Shown here: positions 33,953 through 46,838 of the stretch, piece by piece
Layout: every line of letters begins with the position of its first letter
Position numbering within the stretch: the stretch's first letter is position 1
Notes under the pieces: model-generated
Seen by the model: the letters and a program-made list of their open reading frames with translations, nothing else
The model's database searches: none
Told to the model about the DNA's origin: nothing
Program-made: the position numbers and the translations under genes
Origin: Chromera velia
Taxonomy: Eukaryota
Assembly: GCA_018398765.1 (NCBI GenBank)
Contig: JAHBMJ010000106.1
Span: 1 to 56,929, forward strand
Direction: 5' to 3'
DNA length: 56,929 nucleotides

Positions 33953-36900
33953 TCAAGGCCTAGTGAAGCCTTCCGATGCAACGTCGGCATCACCAAACTC
34001 CTCCCCTTCCTCTTGGAGGGCGTCCTCGGCGCCTGCTGAATTCTCTCCGAAAGCTTGCGAGCCTTCTTGCCCTTCCACTTCAACCTCACCGTCTCCCATG
34101 TCGTGAGCGGGCTGCACCTCTCCACCCCTTGTCCTGTGTCTATTGAGGACATCTTGCTCCTCCTCCGGAATTTCAAGGTCTGCGTCCTCCGAGAAGTCCT
34201 CCTGTGCCGAGAAGTCGGATTCTGCATGCAGTCAAGGGAGCAAAGAGTCAATTAAGTGAAGAACATCTGTGGAACGATATGAGCAGACGGTCGTCACATG
34301 AAAGCACCTTTCCTCAATAACGGCAAGGAGAAAGGTTGATGAGGGGGTGACTGAGAATACTGCCCTTGCTTGGTTTGCACATGTGACGGAAAGGCGCCCA
34401 AATGGGTCTTTGTAGTCGACCTGTGAAAAGTCAAGGAACCCTGTAATGAACAAATCGAAAGCAGACAGAAAGTCGGGAAGGAGGGAAAGAAAGCTTTCTC
34501 TTGAATTCTGTTTCTGAGTGCCAGGCAATCAAAAAGTGCGGAACTAATGAAGCTGTATATCAGTTCCGTTTTCCATTCCTTCCTTGATTGATGAATGGTC
34601 CTCCTGCCCTTTTTTTCTTTTTTTTTTAGTCATTCATAATTTTTCGATGGTCCTCCTGCCCAAATTTTTTTTTTTTTTAGTCATTCATAATTTTCGATGG
34701 TCCTCCTGCCCAAATTGCTTCCAGGCATCGTCACTTTCATAGCACTCTCTGCTAATTTATTTCTCTCGGCCAGACCGCCTTCCTTCGATGCTTTTTGAAT
34801 CAATGCCATCAAATGTTCAGCCACTGGCAGTGTGGATGAATCATATGAAATGTGTACGCCTGCATACCGTCTTCAATTATCGGCTCTGAGACTTCTTCCG
34901 GATCCCCTTCAATATCTCTCTCCTCCCCCTCTCCCTCTTCTGCCCCTTTTCCTGGCGCGGCGTCTTTTTCCTTTCCCAAGTCTCCGTGAGGAGCCTGGAT
35001 CGCTCCCGCCGTCGCGACCCCTACAAGCTTCAAACGCCGACTGCTGCGCCCTCTTTCGGATCGTAAATTAAACGTTCTGGACACCATTTTCAAGTATTTG
35101 TTTCCAACGTGTTTTTGTTGCCCGAAGGGAGCGTACCCTCTGCCCCCGCTCTCGCCTTCTGGTATCAAAAGCTCTTCCTCCGCCACTTCCAGAAACTTTC
35201 GAATCGCAGAGAGGTCGCTGTCTGCGCTGACAGACAACGTGGCCAGCCAGGCCGACTTGTCAACGAAGGCTTCTTCCTCGTTCATCCTGGCCGCCAGCCG
35301 CTGTGTAACGCTCTTCAGTCGCCCCGTCAGCTTCATGAGCCTAATCTGTCTCCGCCTGCACGCAAGAGAGAATTCTGGACATACATGAGCAAAAGCCCTC
35401 TCAAACGTTTGAAGAGTTTCACGTTTTGCACGGTGGTACACCACAACAATCTCGTCTGCATATCTCGGAGCCCGCATGCACGCAATCCAACGACGTGATG
35501 CAGAGCCATGTGACGAAAGTCTCCTGCCAGCCGCTGCATGATTCGAAAACACACATACACGCACTGCACTCCCTCACCTGGCTGCTCTCTTCAGGCACCG
35601 TTCCACTCCAAAGCCGATGACGACCAGAGACCCAAAACCCAGACCTGCGAGAAGAGTGAAGACGACGACTACCAGGGTCATGTCCCCTTCGCTCGTCGTT
35701 TCGGTCCAGGCCATCAGGCAGCCAAGGAGATAAAGAAAGACCAGACTCATTGCAAAGTCCATCCAGTTGTTCACGTTATCTCTCCAGGGCCAGACAACCA
35801 AATGCATGACCAGGAAGACAGCTACCACGCCTAAAAGACCCGCTATCTGCAAGTAGCCGGATACACAAAACTCAAGGCAAAAAATCGGCAGTCAAAGTCA
35901 AGGTGTGAGCTGGACTTCTGGCGCGAGCCGAGACGGACAGAAGAGAGGGAGAGAGAGGGGGGGGAAAGGGGGGGGGAGAGAGAAGCCTAATGGCAGCTAC
36001 ACAGGGAAACCGGCCGACAGCTAGAAAGGAGTCTCTTTCACGGACTTACCACTGTCACGCAGAGGAATTGAGACGAAAAAGTGGAAAAGCAAAAGAAAGG
36101 AGCGGCAGAAAGTCAGAGCTACGGCATCCGCCGAAGGCATGAAGAGAAGAGACAGAAGAATTTGGCCGTGGGGAAGGCTTAGCAAGTTGAGCTTACCTGA
36201 ATGCGTCCATCGTTTGGTTCCATGACGGGCACAAGAGCAATCAGAAGATTTCGAACAAGGTTCACGACGCCCCACCACCAGGCTGCGGGATGAAAGTCTC
36301 CCACAAGGAAGTTGTATCTGCAGGTTAGGCCCCAAATCGACTTCAACGAAAAAAAGAAAGACATTTCTTCATAGAGAAGTAGGAGAAATCACGATGGCGG
36401 TGCATGGAAGGAAAATGAACAGCCACAAGCAGACACGTGCGGAGTTCTAGAAGGAAAGAGGGAGGAAACACAAATACAATCAATCAGTCGCAGGAATTCA
36501 ATCAAGGGTACTAAGTTCTCGAGGAATACAGGCACTTTGACTCTCAGGGTCTGATCGAAGTGCTTGCATGCAGTGAAAGAAAGACAAACACCGACGACCT
36601 GGTTGCAAACTCTGTATGCTCAGCGCTCCATCTCAAAGCGTACAGGCTGACGACACCCAGAAACCCTAGGAACCCGACAATGTATGCAGCGATTGCAGCC
36701 CCCCCAAGTCCCAGCATAGTTTTGTGTTCTCCCGTGCCGCATGTTACTCGTGGGTAGGCCTCCAGGGTTTCTGTTCCCACCGGATGGTGGATGCACATGT
36801 AGGGAGCCAGGATCATCGTGCAGATGGTCACGTAGAGAACCGAAAAAAGGAATCCCGAGGTGTTGAAAGCCTTGTTGGCATCCCACGCCGGAATGCGTGG

Positions 36901-37725
36901 CCAGACGAACCGATTGGCAAGGAAAAAAATCCAGTAGCTTACTGCTACTGTTAACAGAAGGAGAAGGGGAATCGAAACAACGAAGCTGTAGACTTGAAGC
37001 CCGGTTGTCCCAGGTGCAAAGCACTCCGTTTGAAGAATTTCCATGTCGAGATTCAAGAAGGAAAACGCAGACTTGAAACTTTCCACTTCTGGCGGTGCAT
37101 CAATGTTGACAAGTCGGAGAAGTGCCACTTGCTGGAGGAACGTGAGGAGGAGGGACACGGTGATGGTCATCTGCAGGGGAGGATCTCTTGCAAACAAAAC
37201 ATGAAGGGGGAGGGAGAATCAGAGAGAAGAACGCGCATGCTGTCTGTCGGCCTTTCCCACCAATTGTGAATCTGACAGTCTATTGGTGGGTCAACAGACA
37301 AGCACGCACAAATCGATATGCGGCTGAAAAAAAGGAAAGCTTATTTGAAGACAAACTCAAAGCACATTAGTAAACGGCCCTTATATCTCTCCCTCCCTCG
37401 TTTGTCCGCCCTGCTCTGCCTCACAAATGCTCTGTCTGACCAAGCAGGCACAGCGACCGACCTGTGTTGCGGCGTGGTTAGCTCTTTTGCCTCTGTTGTT
37501 GACCAAGTAGTAGGTAAGAATGACCAGAGGAAAAAATCCCAGAATCATTAGGAAGAGAGCCAGTGACTGGAAGGTTTCCGTGCACCTGTGCGCCTCAACA
37601 CACACAAGGTGCATGCCGTGAATCAAACACAGAAACAGACACAAAAACAGAGAGGACAGGCAGGCAGGCAGGCAGGCAAACAGACAGACGCACAGACACA
37701 GACACAGACACAGACACACACACAG

Positions 37726-37776
<51 letters not shown>

Positions 37777-40700
37777 CAGAGAAATACACAGAGAGATAGA
37801 CGGAGAGAAGGTGAGACTCAGAAAGAGAATGACAGACCGACAAGACAAACAGATGCACAGAGAGACAGAAAGAGACGCGGGACGACTCACAGACCCAGGA
37901 TAGAGGGTGACGTATCAAGAGAGATAGGGATACAAAAAACATAGAAATGCAAACAGAGACTGGTTGATAGACGCAAACAGAGAGTCAGTGACGCAGACAG
38001 GTTGAACGACACACACACAAAAGACTGCCTGTCGTTTGTCGCAACGCAGCAGAGACTTTATATTATGGTGCAGGGCTCTCGCAATGAACCGAATGAATTC
38101 TTTGGATGGAAATGCAAATGAAGCAGAACTTGCTGTCACAATCAGGTGGCCGATCTCTTTCCGGGACCTTCCCTCGGAAGACGGACCTTGCACATGACGC
38201 TCCACTTTTGTACGACCCCAAAGGGCAGTAGTCGCACATGCGACCGAACCTCGGAGCTTTGCACAAGGGGTCAATGACCTCTGCGGCCTGCTGGGAGGAA
38301 GAATGCACATGCATACATACTTACATACATACATACATACTTACATACATACACACATACTTACATACATACATACATACATACTTACATACATACATAC
38401 ATACTTACATACATACATACATACATACATACTTACATACATACATACTTACATACATACATACATACTTACATACATACATACATACTTACATACATAC
38501 ATACATACATACTTACATACATACATACATACATACATACTTACATACATACATACATACATACATACATCAACATCATGTAAATGGAAGTGAGAGCCCG
38601 ACTCGAGGAGCTTATGTTTATGAGTAAATAGTCCTTCAGTATTGGAGCCAGTCTCTTCCATGTATGCCGCAAGGTACAAGGGCATGCTCCCCCGCTACAG
38701 ATCCGTTGCTGCTCTACCTGCTGTACTTCATTCAGCTGGCAGATCTGGTCGAGGCCGCAACAGCTGTCCTTCTTATCTTCTCCCCAGGAGTGCACTCTTT
38801 TCACTGACCTCCAGACGTCTTCTCCGCGCCCCTTCAGTTTCACTTTCCTTGGAGACCCTTTCTATGGGTCCTCCGATGCAAGCAGATTCCCTCCGTAGCA
38901 GCTGAGGAGGAGCTCTGGAGTACCGAAATCGCTCCCGGGGGAGTGGGCGGGTGACCAGTAGCCCGAGAATGTTTGGGGAGTCCCGTCCCCTCCTTCGCAG
39001 TTCAGACCTGACGGGCACTCCACGCAGAGATCGTCCTGCAGACAAGGACAGGGGATTAAGCACAGAGCACAGAAGATGAAAGAAAAAAGGTATCAGATCA
39101 GTTAGATGCGAAGGGGACGTTTTTCGTCTATGTCCCATTCTTCATTAAAATGCTTCGCGACCTCTTGTATGTATTTGTATGTCAACAAACAAACGCACAT
39201 GCGTATTGTGAGCCAAATGCTCGGTTGAAAGGCCCAAGCCTCCTTCCAGACAGCCTCTTTCCTTCCTTCCTTTCCAGATGCATTCTTTTTTCCCTCAGAC
39301 TTCATGCAGCAATCCTTTTCACTGACTAAGACATTGGGAAAACACCAGAATGGAACGACGGATTGACTGACGGACTTTGTGATTGAGAAAGAATCCTTCT
39401 GCACAGGTGCACTCCGATTTGTTCTGGGCTCCAATCCCGCTAGTCGTCTTGGTGTCCGGGCAAGGAACACAGTTTTCCATTCCCGTGCTGCTCTGGTAGT
39501 ATCCAATTGCGCACCTCTCGCAAAGGGATGCAGCCAGAGAGGCGTTTCGATGGGACCCCGCGCTGCATGCGACGCAAGATGTCGACCCCGGAGCTGCGTT
39601 GAAGAAACCCAGACTGCACTCTGTGCACTGCACTCTGTGCAGCTGCTGGCTCCGGTGGAATCACTGTAGGTGCCCGAGGGGCAGTCCGCACAGGTGCCTT
39701 CTTCTTCGCTGTTGTACTTGCCTGAAGGAAGAGGAGAAAGTATGATCATGCGAAAGATTTAATTGTGGCAGTCACAGTACACATCATGCAGAAATTCGCG
39801 GAGAGTTAGAGCGGCACCCAGGCCGTAACATGGTACACAGGCAGAGGCCCAAGAACAGACCCAGTGACACTGATTTGCTTGTGGACTCAGTCACTCACTC
39901 ACAATGCTGCTCACTTAGTCAGTCAATCAGTCAGTCAGTCACTTGCCGACTCACTCGCAGCTCATCCACTCGACTTCCCATCTACTCGCTCATCGAGTCA
40001 ATTGGTCTCTTTGTCCAGACAGTCACTCACTCACTCACTCACTCACTCGCTCATTCACCGACTCACCCACTGCGTCAGACGGTCAATCAGTCAGTCAGTG
40101 ATTCAGGCAGACAGACACTCACCAGCGCTGCAGGGAAGACACCCCATGTCGGTCTGCCTCTCATACCCCGGACTGCAGACGCTGAGCTGTTGGGGGATCA
40201 CGTTGTTGCTTCCTCCAGTGGGGTCCCAGACCCTCCCGTCGCTCCATGTGACAGGCACGGACCATTCAATCGAGAGGCCATCCGGGGAGATCTTTCCGAC
40301 GGAATCTAAGCGCCAGCCAGCCTCTCTATTGTACCACCGGACCTGCATGGCCGGTCCAACACAGCACAGAGAGAGTGCTGAACGGGAGGACAGAGCGCGC
40401 ATGACTTCCGATGCTAAGCTGGCGTATAGCTCGAAGGGTCGTGAACCCATAAAAAAGGGGAAAATGAACCATGTATTGTGCTGCCCACTGTTATAGGGGA
40501 AGCTGGATGAGACCAATGGGGTGATGCCGACACTTAGCGGTGCTAGTCTTCGCAATTCTTTTTCACGGCACGATTGGCTACAAAGGATTCCCCTCGTCTG
40601 GGCTCCTGCCCCCCCCCCTACCACCTGCTGTCCACGATGCTGCCTGCCTCTTCCAGCGGTGGCTCTAGCAAGAGACCTCGCAATACTCGGAAAAAGACTG

Positions 40701-43700
40701 GCGCTTCATTCATGTATGCATTCAACTTGGAGCGAGCTCACTGCTACGCGAATAATCATCCGTCAGAAACCTTCTTTCTTGGCATTGACACGCTCTCTTC
40801 ACTCCTGCGTGCTACTGCCCCGCACACTTACGCAGAAATCAGCTGAACCATGCAGATGTCCACACAGACATGCAGAGTGAGTGAGCCGTCTGACCGTCTG
40901 TTCGCCAATCCGCGTGCCGTCGTTCGAGTTGAATTTGATGTTTCCCTGAATCCCCACAAAGTTCAGAGTTAGCGCGTGCTCCCAAAGCCTCTGGTGGATG
41001 AGGCCTTGTAACGTCTTGTTGCTGGTAGACAAAAGGTCAGCCGTGATCTCGTCTGTTGTAGCATCGGCAGAGTTCAGATACGAATCGATTGTCAAAGCAG
41101 CGGCCCAAGTTGCGTCGTACCACGTCCCACAAACGATCCAGAAGTCTTCCACATCGATGAAATTACAAACGCCAAGTGGGGTGCAGATTCCCAGCCAAAT
41201 CGCCCACAAGGAGTTGAAGACCGCGCTCGGCGTCGCTCCCGATCGAAGAGTAGTCGTTGTGTCTGTCATGCTATACGTGAATGGAGAGACCACAGCAATC
41301 CCATTCCCAAGCCCCTTCTGAATTTGCTCCCCCGTGCAATCTGCGAGACCCTGAGTCCCCTGAAAACTCACCCAGTCACGGCGGCCCCTGCACATACATA
41401 CAACGTTTATACATACATACATACATACATACATACATGCACACACACTCACACACAAGCACAGAAACAGAAGTTTACAAAGAGAGAACGTGAAAAGAAA
41501 AGACACAAATACGTAAGCACTGCAGACCGATGCATACACACACAAAGACACAGCCAGGCGGCGAATTTCTCCCCTAGCGTAACCTCCCCCGATTTTTCAG
41601 TGCAACGTGGAGTGCAAATTCTGAAGCCTCCCTAGCTCTCCACTCCATCACACGGTATCCCTCTAGAGCTCTGCACTGACAGACCATTCGGGCGTGATGT
41701 GAAGAATGTGATCTCCGTAGTGTCCTTTCCTGAACGTCGTGCAGAAGTATTCTGCTGCCGCCGTCGATTGACGACGGTCCTGCACCCGACACGTGAATGT
41801 GTACGTCTAAGAGTGCAACTGTCCATTCGTTTGGCTGATCATCCTTTCAGAGTTGTTGCATCTGAAAACTTTCAGGGCCCCTGACGACCTGACAGACAAA
41901 CCGGGGGGGCCTGCAGACCACGGCCGGACTTCTTCCGAAGGCATGCAGACGGGAACGCACTCAGTTAGGAATGGAGGATCAAGAATACTCTGTGCACGTC
42001 AAAACAGATACAAACGTACACACTGATTGATACACAGGCTGACTGCAGGACGGACAGAATGACTCACAGACAGACAAAGAGATGAGAATCGTACACTCTC
42101 TATGCGCAGTTTCAATTGCTGATCCGTGCAGCAAGACAGGACGGCAGGCTGCAAGGAATGCATCAGTGAATGAAGAAGGGAAGCAAAGAGGGAAAGAGGC
42201 GGAGTGACTGATACAAGAACAGCAAAAGAGCCTAGCAACTGACTTCTGCGGCTAGGAGGACAAAGATGATGCGCACGTCCGCGTCCACCATGGCTTGTAC
42301 CGCAGCTTCATAATCAGAGGTTCTCAGTTGCGTGACCCCGTACTTAGCTGCTACTGTCAGTGTCTTGCCAAAACGAGATCGGTAGTCCGCTTCGAGCTTG
42401 TTCACGATAGACACCTGGAGTTCGTCTGCACATGTACACAGTGAAGGAATCAGGCAATCAAGCCCGAAATTAAGGACTGACATACGCTCAACTGATTGAC
42501 TGGTTGACTGACTGGCCAGCCGATTGAGTGGTCCAAGTATCACGTGGCCGGCCGGCCGGCTGTCTTGCTGGCGGTTTGAGTGGTCGTGCAGCTGACGGAG
42601 GGAAAGGACGGCTGCATGAGACGGTCTTGGGTCCCAAATGAAAATTGTCGTTCATGCGGCAGTGAACGATCGAAAAGAGAAGCCGGGCACGGACTTCATC
42701 CAGCGATGACCTTACAAGCAGGGAGAGACTCACGGACTGACTGACCGTAAAGGTAGTACACAATTCCAATCCTGCATGCATTTCATTGCATTCAGGTTGC
42801 ATGCACGTTCTGAATCAACATGCATCTCGTTCACGGCCTTGAGTTTGCTATGAACACTTGAATCCCCTCCATCCATCCATTCATCCATCGACTGCAGCTT
42901 CCTTTCATCGCTTTCATAAGTGTCGTCCTGCTCCTGCTCTGTCGTTCTCTTTTTTTTTTTTTGATTCTCTCTCTGTGGACTTTTGTGGGTCAATTCGTGT
43001 TCCGATAACGGACTTGTCGCTCTGAAGTCTGAATGCCTCTCTGCGCATGCATACCCCGCAACGTTTGCCCTTTTGCATCATTCGTCACATTCCACGTTGT
43101 TGTTGTGTTGTTTTTGTGTGTATGCGTGGGGAATGGACAATTCAGCTCTTCCATCATCTTCCTGTAGCCAAATCTTTCTCCCTTCTATTGTTTGTCGCAT
43201 GTTTCCCCTTTTCCCTGAATCTTACCGGTCGTAGCCAAAGCCGTGGAGGACTGCTGCAAAGCCAATTTCCTGGTTGAAGATCGGGAGGCCAAGCAGATGG
43301 GGGTAGTTCGACCTGTCACCGAGAAAGCTGCCAACGGACATGGGAGCGATTTGAAGGATCCGGTTGGGGACGTACACCCCATTGGAGGTTGGCACGGCAT
43401 CAGGACAGATAGGCCCGATGACGACAGAGTGGAGAGTGGAGTTGATCACGTTGTCCATCGCGCCCGATGCCCCCATTCGTGCCGAGCAGCCGTCATCGGT
43501 CGCAGCCAAGACCTGGAGAGTGTGTCCTGCGATTATGGACAGAGAGCAGCACATATGTGCAAGCATGAGACTTATGTATGCATATTGCTGAAAGAGCTGG
43601 AGGAAAGGGAGAAAACAGATGAAAGAGAGATTGGAGCAAGATTCCGTTTACGGCATCCCCTGAGTGCTGCATCAAAAAAGGCGACAGAGTGGTTCAGGGA

Positions 43701-45198
43701 GCTTTGCGTATGAGAATCCCTTGCTGAAGATTCATGAAAGAATGGGGGGAGGGGACTTCTGGTGACAGTAAGTGGATGTCATCGGCCAAGCTGCGTGCAT
43801 TCATTACAGGTAGAATTTTCATGGATCGACGTGCCAGTTCTACCAGGAGCACAGCTCCGACAGGTCGCCCCTTCTTTCAGACAGGGAGACGGATTGCTAA
43901 ACAGACAGACACACAAACAGAGAGAGCAAAAGCGATTCGGGGAAAGATGGAGAAACGGGGAAAGGGAGAGAGAAATAACTGAAAAAAGCAACTGAGTTGG
44001 TAAAGAAGGCAAGAAAGCAAGGAAGAAAAAGAAAGAAAGAAAGAAAGAAAGAAAGAAAAAAAGAAAGAAAGAACGAACGAAAGAAAGAAAGAAAGAAAGA
44101 AAGAAAGAAAAAGAAAGTAAAGAGAGAAAGAAAGAAAAGAGAGAGAGAAAGAAAGAAAGAAAGAAAGAAAGGAAGGGAAGGAGGAAGGAAGGAAGGAAGG
44201 AAGGAAGAAAGGAAGAAAAAAATAATAATTAAATCAAGTACTTCATTGAGAAAGAACAAAGTAAAAAAGCAAGAAGCCAAGAAAGACATGCAGCGAGCAA
44301 GAAGGCAAGAAAGTACGAAAGACAGAAACATACATACAGACAGAAAGACGGATGGACAGACAGAAAGACGGAAAAACAGAAGCAAGCAAGCAAGCAAGCA
44401 TGCATGCATGCGAGCAAGCGAGCGAGCAAAACAGAAAGACGGAATGACAGAAAGACAGATGGACAGACAGACAGTTAGTCAGAAATAAAAGAAATGAAAG
44501 GGAAAAAAAAGCATCAAGCACCGCATGCACGAAGGAAGTGGGGAAGTATGATAACCACAATATCAACAGAGAGGCAGAGACAAAGACTATTCATATTCAA
44601 GCTTACAAAAACGTGCGCATCGGGCACGACTGCTCTTGCATCGCCAGAGGTTTAATCAATTCGTGTGCAGTAGAGAATACACAAAGGTCCTTCTTCGATT
44701 CAGGATTCTTACTCCTTGCCATTTCTGTCGATGAGTGGGAGCTCATGCAGCACGACTTCTTCTCTCCTTACACTCTCTTGTTTCCTACTGGCTTCATCTT
44801 TTCACAGCATCTTCCCCTTCTGTAGGACCCAGCATGCTTGCATGTAAACGTGCATTTCAATTGAAAAGGAGGGAAGTGTCATAAAAACCAAAAGCATGAC
44901 AGATGCATGGGAAGGGGGAAAAGAAGAATGGGGACCGCTGCGGACCGTTCAAAACTGTAGGAATGCTGTTGATTTGATTGAGGGCCACGGTGGATGCCGG
45001 TATGGTGAAGGCTTCCCACGACGCCTCGAAACCGGTGATCGTCACCTGCTGTCCCAAGGAGATCGTTGCTGTCTCTGCTTGAAGGGCCGAGAGAATTACA
45101 AGTAAGAGCGGGATTGCAAGGCGAAAGCTGGACAGATTTGCCAGTCGGAGTTCAAGGTGGGACCTCCGAATCGTCAGACTGCTGCAGGCCACGACCAT
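33953..45198 (-). CDS. Multi-exon receptor-like membrane protein: signal peptide, Venus-flytrap (ANF-receptor/GABA-B-like periplasmic-binding fold), GCC2/GCC3-type Cys-rich repeats, ~9 TM helices, acidic tail; two frameshifts in this assembly (possible pseudogene)
   Basis: Exons read: 45198-44946 (signal, VALNQINS), 43526-43226 (DDGCS..VVIGPICP..LGDRSNYP), ~42425-42244 (DVRIIFVL), ~41780-41679, ~41360-40896 (WYDATWAAALTI..NFVGIQGNIKFNSNDGTR), ~40342-40123, 39721-39376, 39035-38809 and ~38288-38188 (CxxCPxGxY repeats), TM exons ~37584-35578 (RYNFLVGDF..WWWGVV..RNLLIA; WPWRDNVNNWMD), 35523-34868 and 34221-33953 (TGA). Confidence 0.82.
34595..34716. repeat. Intronic tandem repeat, ~50-52-bp unit x ~2.4
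   Basis: ATGGTCCTCCTGCCC-(T tract)-AGTCATTCATAATTTT(T)CG starting at 34595, 34647 and 34697. Confidence 0.9.
38312..38570. repeat. Intronic (ATAC)n microsatellite with TTAC variants
   Basis: Directly visible. Confidence 0.95.
44025..44225. repeat. Intronic (GAAA)n/(GGAA)n purine tract
   Basis: Directly visible. Confidence 0.93.
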
Positions 45199-46838
45199 TC
45201 CTGCGAATGCACGAAGAAACAAATGTGGGAGGAATTCGATGTGTCGACCCAAATCTTCCTGCCGATTAATGTGCGTCGAACGATATGCATCCGGACATGA
45301 CACTCACAGGCGGTAAAGACAGGTTTTCTTAATCCTCACTCCTCGACGTTCACTTGCAGAATAAAGCACGGATCGATATTCAAGCGGCCATTGTCAGAGA
45401 GAAAGATCGATGGAATCTTAAAATGTATGCACGCGCCTGCATGCAAAGAAAAAAACATGTAAAAAAACCGGGCAAAACGGTGCATGGGCGCGCCGCGCGG
45501 ACCCAAACAAATGAAGAGAGACAAAAAGTCCACCAGGCTGCCTGAGCAAGGCACAGGCAGCGAAAACACCCAGATAGGGCATCAACAAATTTCTATGGCG
45601 ACCGTCTTCTTAGCAGATGGGCGTCCTCTACGCGAACAAAATAAGTGAAGGGTCCGTCCAACCAGACGAAAGACAGAGAGGGAAGGACAGAGAATAGGCA
45701 AGGAAGACAGAGAGGGAGGGGGGGATGCATGAAGAGGCACCCAGCAACACATACAGAGAAGAAGAACCCCTACTGCACGTGGACGAAGGCCAACTCAACT
45801 CAAAGGCTCTGGGTACACCTCAACTCAAATATGCGACCAAGCACGAAGGTGTACGGCGTAACGCCTACTTCTACGCGAACAAGAAGGCAGACAAAAAGGG
45901 ATGAGCCAGGCACAGACTAAAAGCAGTGCAGTTGATTGAGCCGGTTTACAGAGGGAAATTCAACAAGCAGAGACACGTCCAGTCAGGACACCTACTTCCT
46001 GTCTGTGCCCGGGAAAACAACTGACTGCCAGTGACCTGGGAAGACGCGATTGAATTGGAGCGAGAGCACGACGACAAGAAACCACATGCGTGGCGGTCCC
46101 CCACTGGTCGCAGTCACAATTGGTAGAAGAGAGCCGGACCCAACCACCAGGAGAAGGACCACTGGAAGAAGAAAAAGGGCGAACTTCTGAAAAGGTGCGC
46201 GAACCCCGAAGCGAAACTCTAGGCCGCGCTTTTGCTTTGACATTCTGCATGTACTTCTCATGAAACTCCTCGAAAGTGCCTCTCCCTCCCCTGTTACTGC
46301 CCCCTGTTCAGAAAGTTCACTTGGACCCCCTCCCCTTCCCCCCGTGGTCGAAAGCATCAAAGGCATTACGTAGATGTGCAAAAGAGCGGTAGACTGTGTT
46401 GGAAAGCGCACTCCGCAATAGAGTGCACAGAGAGATCTCACTGACTGTCCCCTTTTGAGGAGCGCGGAAGCGGATTTCTGCTTCGAGCTCACTCTTCGTG
46501 CCTGTGTTGATAGTGTCCTCCCACCCGCTCTCTCACTCAGTCGGTTGATCGATGAGTGCGGATCTGACTGCTGTTTCGCTCCGTGCTCTTTGCAAGAATC
46601 TGTTCGTCTGAGTCAGAAAGAGAAAGGTTGATAGGGCTATATATGTAGACGGTGCAAGCTGTAGCTGGGCTTGTCGAGGTGCTACTTGGGTAAGGATCGA
46701 CAATTGACGCAAACAATGTATCGAAGCAACGCGACGTGCACTGCAAACTCTGCAGTGCAGCCTCGGTAAAAACTGCTCATATGTGTTTCTCAGAGGATTC
46801 GAGACGCTCTGTTACGATTCAATCTGTCGGAACCCGGG

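Noticed and set aside
33823..34251. 142-aa minus-strand ORF as a separate gene
   Set aside because: A different frame of the same DNA (ESDFSAQED...FTRP*) splices in phase to the preceding exon and is the receptor's last exon.
34595..34716. CRISPR-like regularly spaced repeat
   Set aside because: The spacers are near-identical, so this is a plain tandem repeat in a eukaryotic intron; no cas genes.
33953..37600. Calling the receptor a true GABA-B/class C GPCR
   Set aside because: About nine hydrophobic segments and a RY.FL...WW motif do not fit the 7tm_3 pattern; only the ectodomain is GABA-B-like.
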